Positions 38,637-48,522 are shown, counted from the first letter of the stretch. The stretch is 64,000 nucleotides of DNA from Candidatus Limnocylindrales bacterium (GCA_035559535.1 DATMBG010000036.1:62001-126000), one strand, 5' to 3'. Notes: generated by a model from the sequence alone, not told the origin. A program made the numbers and translations.

Positions 38637-40466
38637 ATGGACAACTCCTACAGAGACCAGGATAAGAAAAGTTTCATGAGAGACACGATGAAAAAGCTAT
38701 CCTCCCATATTCCCATGAGCGAGGCCTCTTTGAGATATCGCCTATCTCAATGTGAACGGGAAAGCCAGGAACTCCAGAATCAAATAAAGCTTCTCGAGAG
38801 TGAATCTGAGGAGTTGACAAGAAAACTGGAAAAAAACCTCGGTGAATTTGAAATTTTAAGAAGGAAATATTACCGAACCAAAGAACAATTGGCGGAAGCC
38901 AAAAGGCAGAATGAGAAACTGGTAGGGATTCTACAAGAATCTAAGATTCAGATTCAAGAATTAAAGGAGGAGGTTGACAAACTTTGTGCACCTCCCAACA
39001 GTTATGGAACTTTTATAGAGAGTAATGATGACCATACCATCGATATCGACCTGGAGGGGAGAAGGCTCAAAGTAAACGTAAGACCTGGGATTGATACCAG
39101 TCAAATTCAGAGAGGTCAACAGTTAGTACTCAACGAAGCCCTGAATGTGGTGGATGTTGCCGGCTATGATACCAGAGGGGAAGTAGTCCAGGTTAAAGAT
39201 ATTTTAGGTGAAGATCGGGTTATTGTAATAGGTCGGGCCGATGAAGAGCGGGTGATTCAGCTCTCGGATAAACTAAGAAAGGAGAAGATCAATATCGGGG
39301 ATCATCTGATGATTAATCCTCGCTCCAACTATGCCATTGAAAAACTACCCAAATCCCAGGTAGAAGAAGTGGTTTTAGAGGAGGTCCCCAATATTACCTA
39401 TGCCGATATCGGGGGATTAGATAAACAGATCGAAGAGATTCGGGATGCCATTGAGCTTCCCTATATTTATCCTGAAGAATTCAAGAAACATAAATTGACC
39501 CCCCCGAAAGGGATTCTTCTGTATGGTCCTCCGGGGTGTGGAAAAACCCTTATTGCGAAGGCAGTAGCCAACAGTCTGGCTAAGCAAATGGAGAAGAAAA
39601 CGGGGGTTAAAACCAAGAGTTACTTCCTGAATGTTAAAGGCCCCGAACTCCTTAACAAGTATGTCGGAGAAACAGAGTATAAGATCCGAGAGGTCTTTAA
39701 AAAAGCCAAGGAGAAGTCCAAGGAGGACTCTCCGGTGATTGTTTTCTTCGATGAGATGGATTCTCTCTTCCGGCTCCGGGGTTCCGGGATTTCTTCAGAT
39801 ATGGAAGCTACGGTGGTTGCCCAATTCCTCTCGGAGATCGATGGAGTAGAATCCTTAGGGAATGTTATTGTAATTGGAGCCACCAACCGGCAGGATCTGA
39901 TTGATCCTGCAGTTTTAAGACCGGGTCGGCTCGATATCAAGATTAAAATAGACCGTCCTAATTTAGAGGGGGCCAAGGCCATTTTTGCGATTTATTTAAC
40001 GCCAGATCTTCCTCTCCATGAAGAGGAACTGGCACGATTCAACCATGATCGGGAGAAGACCGTTAAATATCTCATTGATAAAACTGCCGAGCGGATGTAT
40101 AGTACCGACGATGAGAACAAATTCCTGGAAGTGACTTATGCCAAGGGAGAAAAAGAGGTTTTCTATTTTAAAGATTTTGCCAGCGGTGCCATGATCGAAA
40201 ATATTGTCCGAAGAGCTAAGAAAAGAGCGTTGAAGCGATATATAGAAAAAGGAGAATGGGGAATCAAGTCTGAGGATCTTCTGGAGGCTGTTCGAGACGA
40301 GTACAAAGAGAATGAAGATTTACCCAACACCACCAATCCAGATGATTGGGCTAAGATTTCCGGTCGAAAGGGTGAAAAGATTGTCAATGTACGAACCCTG
40401 TTGGGGGGTGAAAAAGGTGGCGGTGGACGCAGCATAGAAAACATCACAGCAGGACAATATTTGTAG
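38637..40466 (+). CDS. arc: Proteasome-associated AAA ATPase (ARC/Mpa)
   Basis: N-terminal coiled coil ending PPNSYG, Walker A GPPGCGKT, KGPELLNKYVGETE, FFDEMD, RPGRLD, EDLPNTTNPDDWAKISG, C-terminal GQYL. Confidence 0.96.
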   Translation: MDNSYRDQDKKSFMRDTMKKLSSHIPMSEASLRYRLSQCERESQELQNQIKLLESESEELTRKLEKNLGEFEILRRKYYRTKEQLAEAKRQNEKLVGILQESKIQIQELKEEVDKLCAPPNSYGTFIESNDDHTIDIDLEGRRLKVNVRPGIDTSQIQRGQQLVLNEALNVVDVAGYDTRGEVVQVKDILGEDRVIVIGRADEERVIQLSDKLRKEKINIGDHLMINPRSNYAIEKLPKSQVEEVVLEEVPNITYADIGGLDKQIEEIRDAIELPYIYPEEFKKHKLTPPKGILLYGPPGCGKTLIAKAVANSLAKQMEKKTGVKTKSYFLNVKGPELLNKYVGETEYKIREVFKKAKEKSKEDSPVIVFFDEMDSLFRLRGSGISSDMEATVVAQFLSEIDGVESLGNVIVIGATNRQDLIDPAVLRPGRLDIKIKIDRPNLEGAKAIFAIYLTPDLPLHEEELARFNHDREKTVKYLIDKTAERMYSTDDENKFLEVTYAKGEKEVFYFKDFASGAMIENIVRRAKKRALKRYIEKGEWGIKSEDLLEAVRDEYKENEDLPNTTNPDDWAKISGRKGEKIVNVRTLLGGEKGGGGRSIENITAGQYL

Positions 40467-40472
40467 GGTTAC

Positions 40473-40538
40473 GTAGGGGCAAAGCATTCACAGGGAAAAC
40501 CATGGGGTATAACCCATGAGTGAATGCTTTGTCCCTTC
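40473..40538. repeat. GTAG-type REP palindrome between arc and dop
   Basis: GTAGGGGCAAAGCATTCAC ... GTGAATGCTTTGTCCCT. Confidence 0.75.
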
Positions 40539-40551
40539 AGACATTTTTTTT

Positions 40552-42036
40552 ATGGCTATTGAAAAGATCATAGGCACTGAGACGGAATATGGAATTACGA
40601 CTAAAAACGATGTGGAATTCGATGCAATATCCCATTCCATGCTCCTGGTAAATAGCTATCAACCGGACCCTACGGTTAAAATTATCTGGGATTACGACCA
40701 AGAGAATCCCCTGGTCGATGCCCGGGGGTTCAAAGTAGAAAGAAAGATAGAAGCCCCTCGAGAAAAAGACAATGCAGCCATCAACAAAGTCCTGGATAAC
40801 GGAGCACGGTACTATGTGGATCATGCCCATCCTGAATTTTCCACCCCGGAATGTTCCAATGCCCGAGATTTGGTTAAATATGAGAAAGCTGGAGAATGGA
40901 TCGTTAATGTCAGCCGGATGCAGGCCAACCAACTGATCCCGGCCGGGGAAGAGATTCTCATCTATAAGAATAACAGCGACCGGAAAGGGAACAGTTACGG
41001 ATACCATGAGAACTACCTCATGGATCGAAAAACCCCCTTCGAACTCATTGTTACTCACCTGACTCCTTTCTTAATATCTCGGCAGATCTTTACGGGAGCC
41101 GGCAAGGTGGGATTCGAAAATGACAGTGATCCGGTAGATTATCAGATTTCTCAAAGAGCCGACTTTTTCGAAACCGAAATAGGTCTGGATACCATGGTCA
41201 AAAGACCCATTATTAATACCCGGGATGAACCCCATGCAGACCGTGAAAAATACCGAAGGTTACATGTGATTGTAGGGGACTCCAACATGTCGGAGGTTAC
41301 CACGTATCTGAAAGTCGGAACCACGGCCCTGGTTCTCAAAATGATTGAAGATAAGTTCATTGATAAAGACCTGACGCTTCGTAACCCGGTGAAGGCGATC
41401 CGGGATATTTCCCACGATATCACCTGTAAGAAGAAGGTCCAGTTAGATAATGGTAAAAAATTCACGGCGATTCAAATTCAGAAGGAATATCTGGAGTTAG
41501 CTAAAAAGTATGCCAGTCAGCAAGAGAAGAATCCTATCACAGAAGATATTCTGGCAAGATGGGAAAGGGTACTGACCAAATTGGAAGAGGAACCGGACCA
41601 GCTGAACCGGGAAATTGATTGGGTAATTAAAAAATACCTGATCACAAATTATATGAAGAGTCGTGGCTGTAACTGGACGGATTCCAAAGTTCTTATGATG
41701 GATCTCCAGTACCATGACGTTCGTCCTGAAAAGGGATTATATTATCTATTACTAAAACAAGGAGGAGTTGAGCGTATTTTAAATGATGCGGAGATTTTAG
41801 AGGCCGTTGAGAATCCCCCCATCGACACCCGGGCTTATTTTCGCGGAAGCTGCTTACGAAAGTATCGATCGGAAATATTCGGGGTGAGTTGGAGTGCTTT
41901 GTCCTTTAGTGTCGATGAGGTTTCTATTAAGAGAGTTCTCATGTCAGAACCGGCGAAAGGATCCAAAGCCCATGTCCAGGAGCTTCTTGAACGCTCTGCA
42001 ACGGCTAAAGAATTGTTGAAGAATCTTGCAGCTTAA
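40552..42036 (+). CDS. dop: Pup deamidase/depupylase Dop
   Basis: GTETEYGI, Dop loop WDYDQENPLVDARG, NGARYYVDHAHPEFS, ISQRADFFE, TRAYFRG; start at MAIEK (the 40516 start lies inside the REP). Confidence 0.93.
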   Translation: MAIEKIIGTETEYGITTKNDVEFDAISHSMLLVNSYQPDPTVKIIWDYDQENPLVDARGFKVERKIEAPREKDNAAINKVLDNGARYYVDHAHPEFSTPECSNARDLVKYEKAGEWIVNVSRMQANQLIPAGEEILIYKNNSDRKGNSYGYHENYLMDRKTPFELIVTHLTPFLISRQIFTGAGKVGFENDSDPVDYQISQRADFFETEIGLDTMVKRPIINTRDEPHADREKYRRLHVIVGDSNMSEVTTYLKVGTTALVLKMIEDKFIDKDLTLRNPVKAIRDISHDITCKKKVQLDNGKKFTAIQIQKEYLELAKKYASQQEKNPITEDILARWERVLTKLEEEPDQLNREIDWVIKKYLITNYMKSRGCNWTDSKVLMMDLQYHDVRPEKGLYYLLLKQGGVERILNDAEILEAVENPPIDTRAYFRGSCLRKYRSEIFGVSWSALSFSVDEVSIKRVLMSEPAKGSKAHVQELLERSATAKELLKNLAA

Positions 42037-42137
42037 CCCCAGAGAAGGAACTAAAGTAAGCTAAAGTTTGCAAGTGCTTGAAGTTGGGTTTTCCACTTCA
42101 GACACTGTAGGCACTTTAGATTTTAAGGAGAATAACT

Positions 42138-42407
42138 ATGACATCTCTAAACTTTTTAGGTCGCCAACCGGAAAGTAACCCTGAGACTTTCTTCCATGTG
42201 ATAACTGCCAGTACCGATCAACAGAAAAAAGTTAAAAAACCCGAAGCACCTCAACAAGAGAAAAGTGAGAGAACCGGAACGGGAGTTGCCGAGAAAGGTG
42301 AAAAGATTAAAAAGGATCTGGATAAGCTCATGGATGAAATCGATGAGGTACTCGAAGAGAATGCAGAGGAATTCGTGAAAAGTTATGTCCAAAGAGGGGG
42401 AGAATAA
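42138..42407 (+). CDS. pup: Prokaryotic ubiquitin-like protein Pup (GGE type, 89 aa)
   Basis: LDKLMDEIDEVLEENAEEFVKSYVQRGGE C-terminus; AAGGAG RBS before the ATG. Confidence 0.95.
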   Translation: MTSLNFLGRQPESNPETFFHVITASTDQQKKVKKPEAPQQEKSERTGTGVAEKGEKIKKDLDKLMDEIDEVLEENAEEFVKSYVQRGGE

Positions 42408-42467
42408 TCTCTAGGTAGCAGATTACAGATCTTCAGGATCTGAAATCTAAAATCCTCAAAACTTGCG

Positions 42468-43259
42468 ATGATTCTCAAGACCCAATATGATGGTTCCAGC
42501 TTTTTTGAACTTTTAAAAATTGATTATCCTCACTTACTCCCTACCTACAGGAGTGATCCCACACTCCTGAGCGAGGATTCTGTGTCCGTACCTCACGGGA
42601 CTACCATCCTGGCCTTAAGGTATCAAAATGGAGTCCTCATTGCAGGGGATCGTCGGGCCATTGAAGGACCTCAGATTTCTTCCAGAACTATGGAGAAGGT
42701 TTATAAAACCGATGATTACTCTGCAATGGCCATCGCTGGCGCCGCAGGTCCTGCCATTGACATGGCGCGCTTGTTTCAAGTAGAGTTGGAACATTATGAG
42801 AAACTCGAAGGGGAGCGATTAACCCTGGAAGGTAAAGCGAATCGATTGGCCCAAATGATCAGGCAGAATCTCCCGGCAGCCTTTCAAGGCTTGATCGTGA
42901 TTCCTATTTTTGCCGGCTACGACCTCAAGCGAAAAGAAGGTCGGATCTTTAAGTACGATGTAGTCGGTGGAAAGTACGAAGAGGAGGAATTTTATGCCAC
43001 GGGTTCTGGTGGGAAAGACGCCCGCAATACCATGAAGAAGCTCTACCGGAGAGGACTCCAGGAAGAAGAAGCTCTTAAAGTAGCTCTGGAAGCTCTCATT
43101 GATGCGTCGGAAGAAGATGTAGGAACTGGTGGACCGGATCTGGTTCGAGGGATTTACCCTACCGTCAAAAAAATTACCGAACAGGGTATCATGGATGTAC
43201 CAGAAACAACCGTTGCATCTATTTGTAAGGCGATTATAGAAAGTCGCAAAAATCAATAG
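42468..43259 (+). CDS. prcB: 20S proteasome beta subunit
   Basis: Propeptide then PHG|TTILAL catalytic Thr, AGDRRA, ELEHYEK, LTLEGKANRL, TGSGG, TGGPD. Confidence 0.96.
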   Translation: MILKTQYDGSSFFELLKIDYPHLLPTYRSDPTLLSEDSVSVPHGTTILALRYQNGVLIAGDRRAIEGPQISSRTMEKVYKTDDYSAMAIAGAAGPAIDMARLFQVELEHYEKLEGERLTLEGKANRLAQMIRQNLPAAFQGLIVIPIFAGYDLKRKEGRIFKYDVVGGKYEEEEFYATGSGGKDARNTMKKLYRRGLQEEEALKVALEALIDASEEDVGTGGPDLVRGIYPTVKKITEQGIMDVPETTVASICKAIIESRKNQ

Positions 43260-43340
43260 TCCGCCGTCCGTTGTCCGTTGTTTTTATCCACTGCAAAGGA
43301 TCCTTTGCAGTAAACAACGAACAACGGATAACAGGTCCCT

Positions 43341-44030
43341 ATGGTTTTACCCTATTACGTCTCACCGGAACAGATGATGCAGGATAAGGCGGAGTACGCC
43401 CGAAAAGGAATCGCCAAGGGTAAATCTCTGGTGGCTATGGAATACCGAGATGGTATTATCCTCACCGCCGAGAACCCGAGTTCCTCCCTGCATAAAATAT
43501 GGGAAATCTACGATCGGATCGCTTTTGCCGGGGTAGGTAAATACAGCGAGTTTGAAAATTTGCGTAAATCCGGCGTGAGATATGCCGATACCAAAGGATA
43601 TATCTACAGTCGAGAAGATGTCACGGCGAAGTCCCTAGCGGAAGCCTATTCTCAGGCAATAGGAAATGTCTTCACCCAGGAAGTTAAACCCTTAGAAATC
43701 GAAATCTTGGTTGTGGAAGTCGGAGAAGTTCAGTCGGAAAATGCCATGTACCATATCCTTTTCGACGGTAGTATCAGCGATCGGAAGCAATTTGCGGTGA
43801 TTGGAGGTCAAGCGGAAGAAGTAACCCGTTTTTTAAAAGAACAGTATCGGGAAAATAGTTCCTTGGCAGATGCTTTGTGGCTGAGTCAAAAAGCCCTTAG
43901 AGTCGTGGAAAATAAACCGATCAGTGAAACGAATCTTGAGGTCGCGATCCTGGACAGGAATCGTCCAGGAAGGAAGTTTAAACGTATCCCCCCCGCGGAG
44001 ATACGAGACCTTATGAAAAGTTATCTTTAG
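43341..44030 (+). CDS. prcA: 20S proteasome alpha subunit
   Basis: PYYVSPEQMMQDKAEYARKGIAKGKS, EIYDRIAF, LEVAILDR. Confidence 0.96.
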   Translation: MVLPYYVSPEQMMQDKAEYARKGIAKGKSLVAMEYRDGIILTAENPSSSLHKIWEIYDRIAFAGVGKYSEFENLRKSGVRYADTKGYIYSREDVTAKSLAEAYSQAIGNVFTQEVKPLEIEILVVEVGEVQSENAMYHILFDGSISDRKQFAVIGGQAEEVTRFLKEQYRENSSLADALWLSQKALRVVENKPISETNLEVAILDRNRPGRKFKRIPPAEIRDLMKSYL

Positions 44031-44036
44031 TGGCGT

Positions 44037-45428
44037 ATGGAAAAACGAATTTACGGGTTAGAAAGTGAATATGGTATTATTTTTACCTCCAACGGACGTA
44101 AAACCCTCCCAGTTGAAAAGGTAGTCCGATACCTCTTTGAACAACTGGTCACAACGGAAGGATTTTTGAACGTCTTCCTGGAAAATGGAGCTCGATTCTA
44201 CCAAGATACCGGCTATCATCCCGAATATGCGACCCCGGAATGTACCAACCCCCTGGATCTCGTTCGATATGATAAAGCCGGGGAGCGTATTTTAGAAAAA
44301 CTCCTCAACTACGCTGAATATAAAATAGCCAAAGAAGGGATATCGGGAAACCTGGCCATCTTTAAAAACAATACCGACTTCATAGGTAATTCCTACGGCT
44401 GCCACGAAAATTACCTGGTCGATCGAAATGCCAATTTCTACTACCTGGCCGAGCAACTCATTCCCTTCCTGGTCACCCGACAAGTCTTTTCCGGCTCAGG
44501 TAAGGTTTTCCAGGATCGAAAGGGGGCCGATTATAACATCTCCCAACGGGCCCAACATATCTGTCAGAAAATCTCCGGAACGACCACCAACGACCGGAGT
44601 ATCATCAATACCCGAGATGAACCCCATGCCGATGAGGAAAAATACCGCCGACTTCACGTCATCGTCGGAGACTCCAATATGTCCGAGTTCGTGACCTATC
44701 TGAAAACCGGAACTACGGGTCTGGTTCTCCAAATGATCGAAGATGACTTCATCGACAAAGATCTCTCCCTGCGAAATCCGGTAAAATCCATCAAGGACAT
44801 CTCCTGTGATATTACCTGCAAACGAAAGATCAAGCTGGATAACGGAAAAAAACTCTCTGCCGTGGAAATTCAAAAAGAATATCTGGAACTGGCCCTCCGA
44901 TACTACAGCGCTCGAGACTTCAATCCCATGGTCAAAGATATTCTCCAAAAATGGGAATATATCCTGACCAAACTGGAAGAAAACCCGGAACAGCTCAATA
45001 AAGAACTCGATTGGGTCATGAAAAAGCAATTAATTGAAACCTATATCGACCGGTATAACCTCTCCTGGGGAGATGATCGGGTTCTCATGATCGACCTCCA
45101 ATACCATGATATTCGAACCGATAAAGGCCTTTACTATCTCCTGGAAAAAGAAGGGATGGCCACCCGCATCTGCAGTGATGCAGAAATCGAAGACGCCATG
45201 CAAAATCCACCCCAGGATACCCGGGCGAAACTTCGGGGCGACTTTATCAAACTGGCCAAGGAAAAAAACATCCACTACAACCTGGATTGGAGCTATATCC
45301 GAATCGGAAACCTCCTGGATGTTCGGGTCATGTGTGATAATCCCTTCCAAACCGAGAACCGCCGTATTACAGAACTGATGCGGCTGATTGAACGATCTCG
45401 ACCGGTTCGAAGACGATTCTTCTTCTAA
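44037..45428 (+). CDS. pafA: Pup--protein ligase
   Basis: RIYGLESEYG, NVFLENGARFYQDTGYHPEYATPEC, FKNNTD..GNSYGCHENY, TRAKLRG; no Dop loop. Confidence 0.94.
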   Translation: MEKRIYGLESEYGIIFTSNGRKTLPVEKVVRYLFEQLVTTEGFLNVFLENGARFYQDTGYHPEYATPECTNPLDLVRYDKAGERILEKLLNYAEYKIAKEGISGNLAIFKNNTDFIGNSYGCHENYLVDRNANFYYLAEQLIPFLVTRQVFSGSGKVFQDRKGADYNISQRAQHICQKISGTTTNDRSIINTRDEPHADEEKYRRLHVIVGDSNMSEFVTYLKTGTTGLVLQMIEDDFIDKDLSLRNPVKSIKDISCDITCKRKIKLDNGKKLSAVEIQKEYLELALRYYSARDFNPMVKDILQKWEYILTKLEENPEQLNKELDWVMKKQLIETYIDRYNLSWGDDRVLMIDLQYHDIRTDKGLYYLLEKEGMATRICSDAEIEDAMQNPPQDTRAKLRGDFIKLAKEKNIHYNLDWSYIRIGNLLDVRVMCDNPFQTENRRITELMRLIERSRPVRRRFFF

Positions 45429-45575
45429 AGGGCCGTTTCTGACTTATCTTCTGGGGCGAATGGATAAAATCCACAAAATCTCCCCATCGCCCCTTCATCT
45501 CCCTTATCCTGCCCCCAAGGATAGAGAAGGAAAGAAAAGGTGCCGACGGTGATTTCCTATGCGGTAAAATAAATT

Positions 45576-46733
45576 ATGTACTTACCTGACTACCAAAACG
45601 GAAGTATCGTCAACTTAATAAGCTCCATCTCAAAATCCTTAGGAGATACCCCCCTTTACGAACCTTTAGAAACCTTAAAACCAGAATTATGGTCCGGATC
45701 CAGAACTCTCCTCCTGATGGTTTTGGATGGATTAGGTTATGAATATTTAATCAATTACGGAAAAGGAAGTATCCTCTATGAAAATCTTAAAGATAAACTG
45801 ACTTCTGTATTTCCTTCCACCACAGCAGCCAGTTTAACCACCTTTGTCACCGGACTTGCACCCCAACAACATGCCATTACCGGCTGGTTTATGTATCTGA
45901 AAGAGCTGGGAACGGTTTCTGCCATCTTACCCTTTAAGCCGAGAAATGGTGGGGTTTCCTTTAGTCAAACCCAGGTTGAACCCAGAAAAATATTCGATCA
46001 ACCGTCCATCTTTGAGAAAATTAAAGTCCCTTCCTATGTGGTGACCCACAAAGATTTTGTCAAATCCGACTATACCTGTGCAACTACGGGAAAAACAAAA
46101 CGGGTCTATTATCGTAATCTGAAAGGATTCTTTAAAAAGATAAAAAGAATTATTCGCTGGCATCCCCATCGGAAGTTTATTTATGCCTATTGGTCCGAGT
46201 TCGATCGTTTGTGCCACAAGTATGGGACCAGAAGTAAAGAAGTTACCGACCATTTTGCCGATTTAAACAAAAGATTAGCGGCGTTTTTAAACTCCATAGA
46301 AGGGACCCATACCACCATAATTATTACGGCAGATCATGGCCTTTTGGATACCGATACCTCCCACGTTATCCAATTAAAAAACCATCCTAAACTCGCTGAA
46401 ACTTTGATACTTCCCTTATGTGGAGAGCCCCGGGTAGCCTATTGTTATGTTCGTCCATCCAAAACCAGGCAATTTGAAGAGTATATAGCGACCCATCTGG
46501 CTGAGTATGGGGAGCTTTATAGAAGTGAAGAATTGGTCGAGAAGAATTATTTCGGCTTATTTGAACCCCATAAAAATTTATTCGATAGAATTGGAGATTA
46601 CACCTTCATTCTAAAGGACCGGTATATCCTCAAGGATTTTCTTCTCGGTGAAAAAGAGCAGTTTAATATTGGGAACCATGGGGGTTTAAGTCGAGAAGAA
46701 ATATTTGTTCCTTTGATTGTTATCCAAAGGTAA
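45576..46733 (+). CDS. Alkaline phosphatase superfamily protein (nucleotide pyrophosphatase/phosphodiesterase type)
   Basis: LDGLG, TSVFPSTTAAS, DRLCH, ITADHG, GNHGGLS. Confidence 0.85.
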   Translation: MYLPDYQNGSIVNLISSISKSLGDTPLYEPLETLKPELWSGSRTLLLMVLDGLGYEYLINYGKGSILYENLKDKLTSVFPSTTAASLTTFVTGLAPQQHAITGWFMYLKELGTVSAILPFKPRNGGVSFSQTQVEPRKIFDQPSIFEKIKVPSYVVTHKDFVKSDYTCATTGKTKRVYYRNLKGFFKKIKRIIRWHPHRKFIYAYWSEFDRLCHKYGTRSKEVTDHFADLNKRLAAFLNSIEGTHTTIIITADHGLLDTDTSHVIQLKNHPKLAETLILPLCGEPRVAYCYVRPSKTRQFEEYIATHLAEYGELYRSEELVEKNYFGLFEPHKNLFDRIGDYTFILKDRYILKDFLLGEKEQFNIGNHGGLSREEIFVPLIVIQR

Positions 46734-46762
46734 ATTTATTTCCTTTACTTCGAGCCTGCTCT

Positions 46763-46804
46763 CCCTCACCCCCTCTCCTGAAGCTTCAGGAGAGGGGGTG
46801 AGGG
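46763..46804. repeat. Perfect 42-bp palindrome (REP-like, AAGCTT centre)
   Basis: CCCTCACCCCCTCTCCTGAAG|CTTCAGGAGAGGGGGTGAGGG; same hairpin core near 16540-16570 and 14213-14240. Confidence 0.85.
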
Positions 46805-46907
46805 GGAGACAAGGCGAAGGGCCTCCCCGTCCCCTTGTCTCCTCGTCCCTTTGTCTCAAAAAGGGGGCCGATCCTGCTCTTGATTCCTCTGATTTCCTGT
46901 TTTGATA

Positions 46908-47651
46908 CTAAAAGAGGCGTAAGGCGATGATAATCCCAAAACCTACCACAACCGCACGGAGCAGTTTAGGAGGTAAGCGCTGGGCCAGGCGGGCCCCGGC
47001 GTAGCCACCGACAATGGAGGCTCCGGCCATAATTCCGGCAGCACCGAGATCTGCCGCACCGGTTAAAATAAAATAAAAGGCAGCGATTCCGTTGATAAGG
47101 GTGGCAAAAAAAACCTTGAGGGCATTGGCAGATTGCAAATCTTCGGGCATAAAAATAGCCATAGCGGCAAGCATGAGAATGCCAATACCTGCACCAAAGT
47201 AACCACCATAAACGGAGATGAGGAACTGGACGATCCACAGGGCTCGTGAAGCCCCCTTAGGATTTGTTTTGGTTCGCCGGGTTACCCACCTTCCAACCTG
47301 CCCCTGTACAACCAGCAGGGCACAGGCAAGTAAAATAAGGTAGGGGACGATGAGTCGGAAGGCTTTTTCAGGAGTGTGTAAGAGAATAACAGAACCCAGA
47401 AGTCCACCCAGAAGTGAAGGAAGTGCAAGGGCCATGGCCTGTTTTCGTTTATACCAGATACGTAAGCGATAAGCCCAAACACTGGCCAGAGATCCAGGCC
47501 ACAGGGCCACCGTACTGGTAGCGTTTGCCATAACAGCAGGCAAGCCGCTCAAAAACAGAGCCGGGAAACTGATCAAGGAACCCCCACCGGCGACCGCATT
47601 TATAAAACCGGCTCCCAGCCCCGCAGCCACAATAAGCAAAAATTTTTGCAT
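46908..47651 (-). CDS. Sulfite exporter TauE/SafE family permease
   Basis: AGFINAVAGGGSLISFP, YGGYFGAGIGILML, ANALK. Confidence 0.9.
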   Translation of the reverse strand: MQKFLLIVAAGLGAGFINAVAGGGSLISFPALFLSGLPAVMANATSTVALWPGSLASVWAYRLRIWYKRKQAMALALPSLLGGLLGSVILLHTPEKAFRLIVPYLILLACALLVVQGQVGRWVTRRTKTNPKGASRALWIVQFLISVYGGYFGAGIGILMLAAMAIFMPEDLQSANALKVFFATLINGIAAFYFILTGAADLGAAGIMAGASIVGGYAGARLAQRLPPKLLRAVVVGFGIIIALRLF

Positions 47652-47673
47652 CTATCCATCGGACCTTCTCATT

Positions 47674-48522
47674 TTAAAATAGAAGTACATTATCTCCTTT
47701 TTTAACTCCCAGACTCCGGGCTACCGGTTCACAGTTTGCCCTGAGTAAACAGGCGATATTCTCTCGAACCCCAAACAGGGTCTGATAATAACTCATTCCC
47801 TTGGCAAGGACCAGGTCCGAGTTGTCCCATACATCGATGAATCCTTCCGACATGGTCTGGAGGGTTAAGCCTTCCTGGTCCCGGGTATGGGGAATAACTA
47901 CCCCGTACTCATCCAAACCCATCTCCATGACATCCTCTACCGTCGCATCATTCAGGATCGGCTCTTCTTTCGGGGAAATGACCACCGTTTTGCCCATCTC
48001 AACCAATCGCTTTAAGATCAGCTTATCGAAAACAATCTCCCCACAGTTATCCGTTAAGAATAAAACACTATCGACCCCTTGAAGGACTTCTTCCAGTTTT
48101 TTACTCTCATCAATGGCAAAACCGGTTTGTAAGCCCTGTTGGATAAGTTGAATGAGATTTTCAGCTACCTCAAAGCTCGTATAGTCGGCCACCGTTGCAT
48201 CGATGGCGTTACTGGTAGTAGCTACAAGGAAAGCCTCTCTTAGAGTTTTTACCTTCGGTGAGATGATTTCAAAAACCTGTTTGGCGACCTCATTACTTTT
48301 CTTTTTAAACTTCAGATAAGGGTCCCCGGTGGCCGCATTTTTGATCATTCTATGAATCTCGGTGCCCAGTAAGGCGGGCGTGGCACCTTGAAAGGAATTC
48401 TGGAGTTTATCGATGGCCCATAACATGGTTTCATAGCGGGAATTCCATTCTTCAAAGGCCAGATCACAAGCTTCTCGAGCCTGACGCATCAGGCATTCTG
48501 CACAGATATAGGTCGTTTCCAT
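47674..48522 (-). CDS. DUF89/ARMT1-like damage-control phosphatase family protein
   Basis: CAECLMRQ, DPYLKFKKKSN, TDNCGEIVFD, PILNDAT, AKGM, C..VARSLGV. Confidence 0.8.
   Translation of the reverse strand: METTYICAECLMRQAREACDLAFEEWNSRYETMLWAIDKLQNSFQGATPALLGTEIHRMIKNAATGDPYLKFKKKSNEVAKQVFEIISPKVKTLREAFLVATTSNAIDATVADYTSFEVAENLIQLIQQGLQTGFAIDESKKLEEVLQGVDSVLFLTDNCGEIVFDKLILKRLVEMGKTVVISPKEEPILNDATVEDVMEMGLDEYGVVIPHTRDQEGLTLQTMSEGFIDVWDNSDLVLAKGMSYYQTLFGVRENIACLLRANCEPVARSLGVKKGDNVLLF

Noticed and set aside
42138-42407. Possibility that the tag is UBact rather than Pup
   Set aside because: The C-terminal DEIDEVLEENAEEFV..YVQRGGE is canonical Pup
44292-45350. Long antisense ORFs opposite pafA
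   Set aside because: Shadow frames caused by the C-ending codon bias; no recognisable motifs
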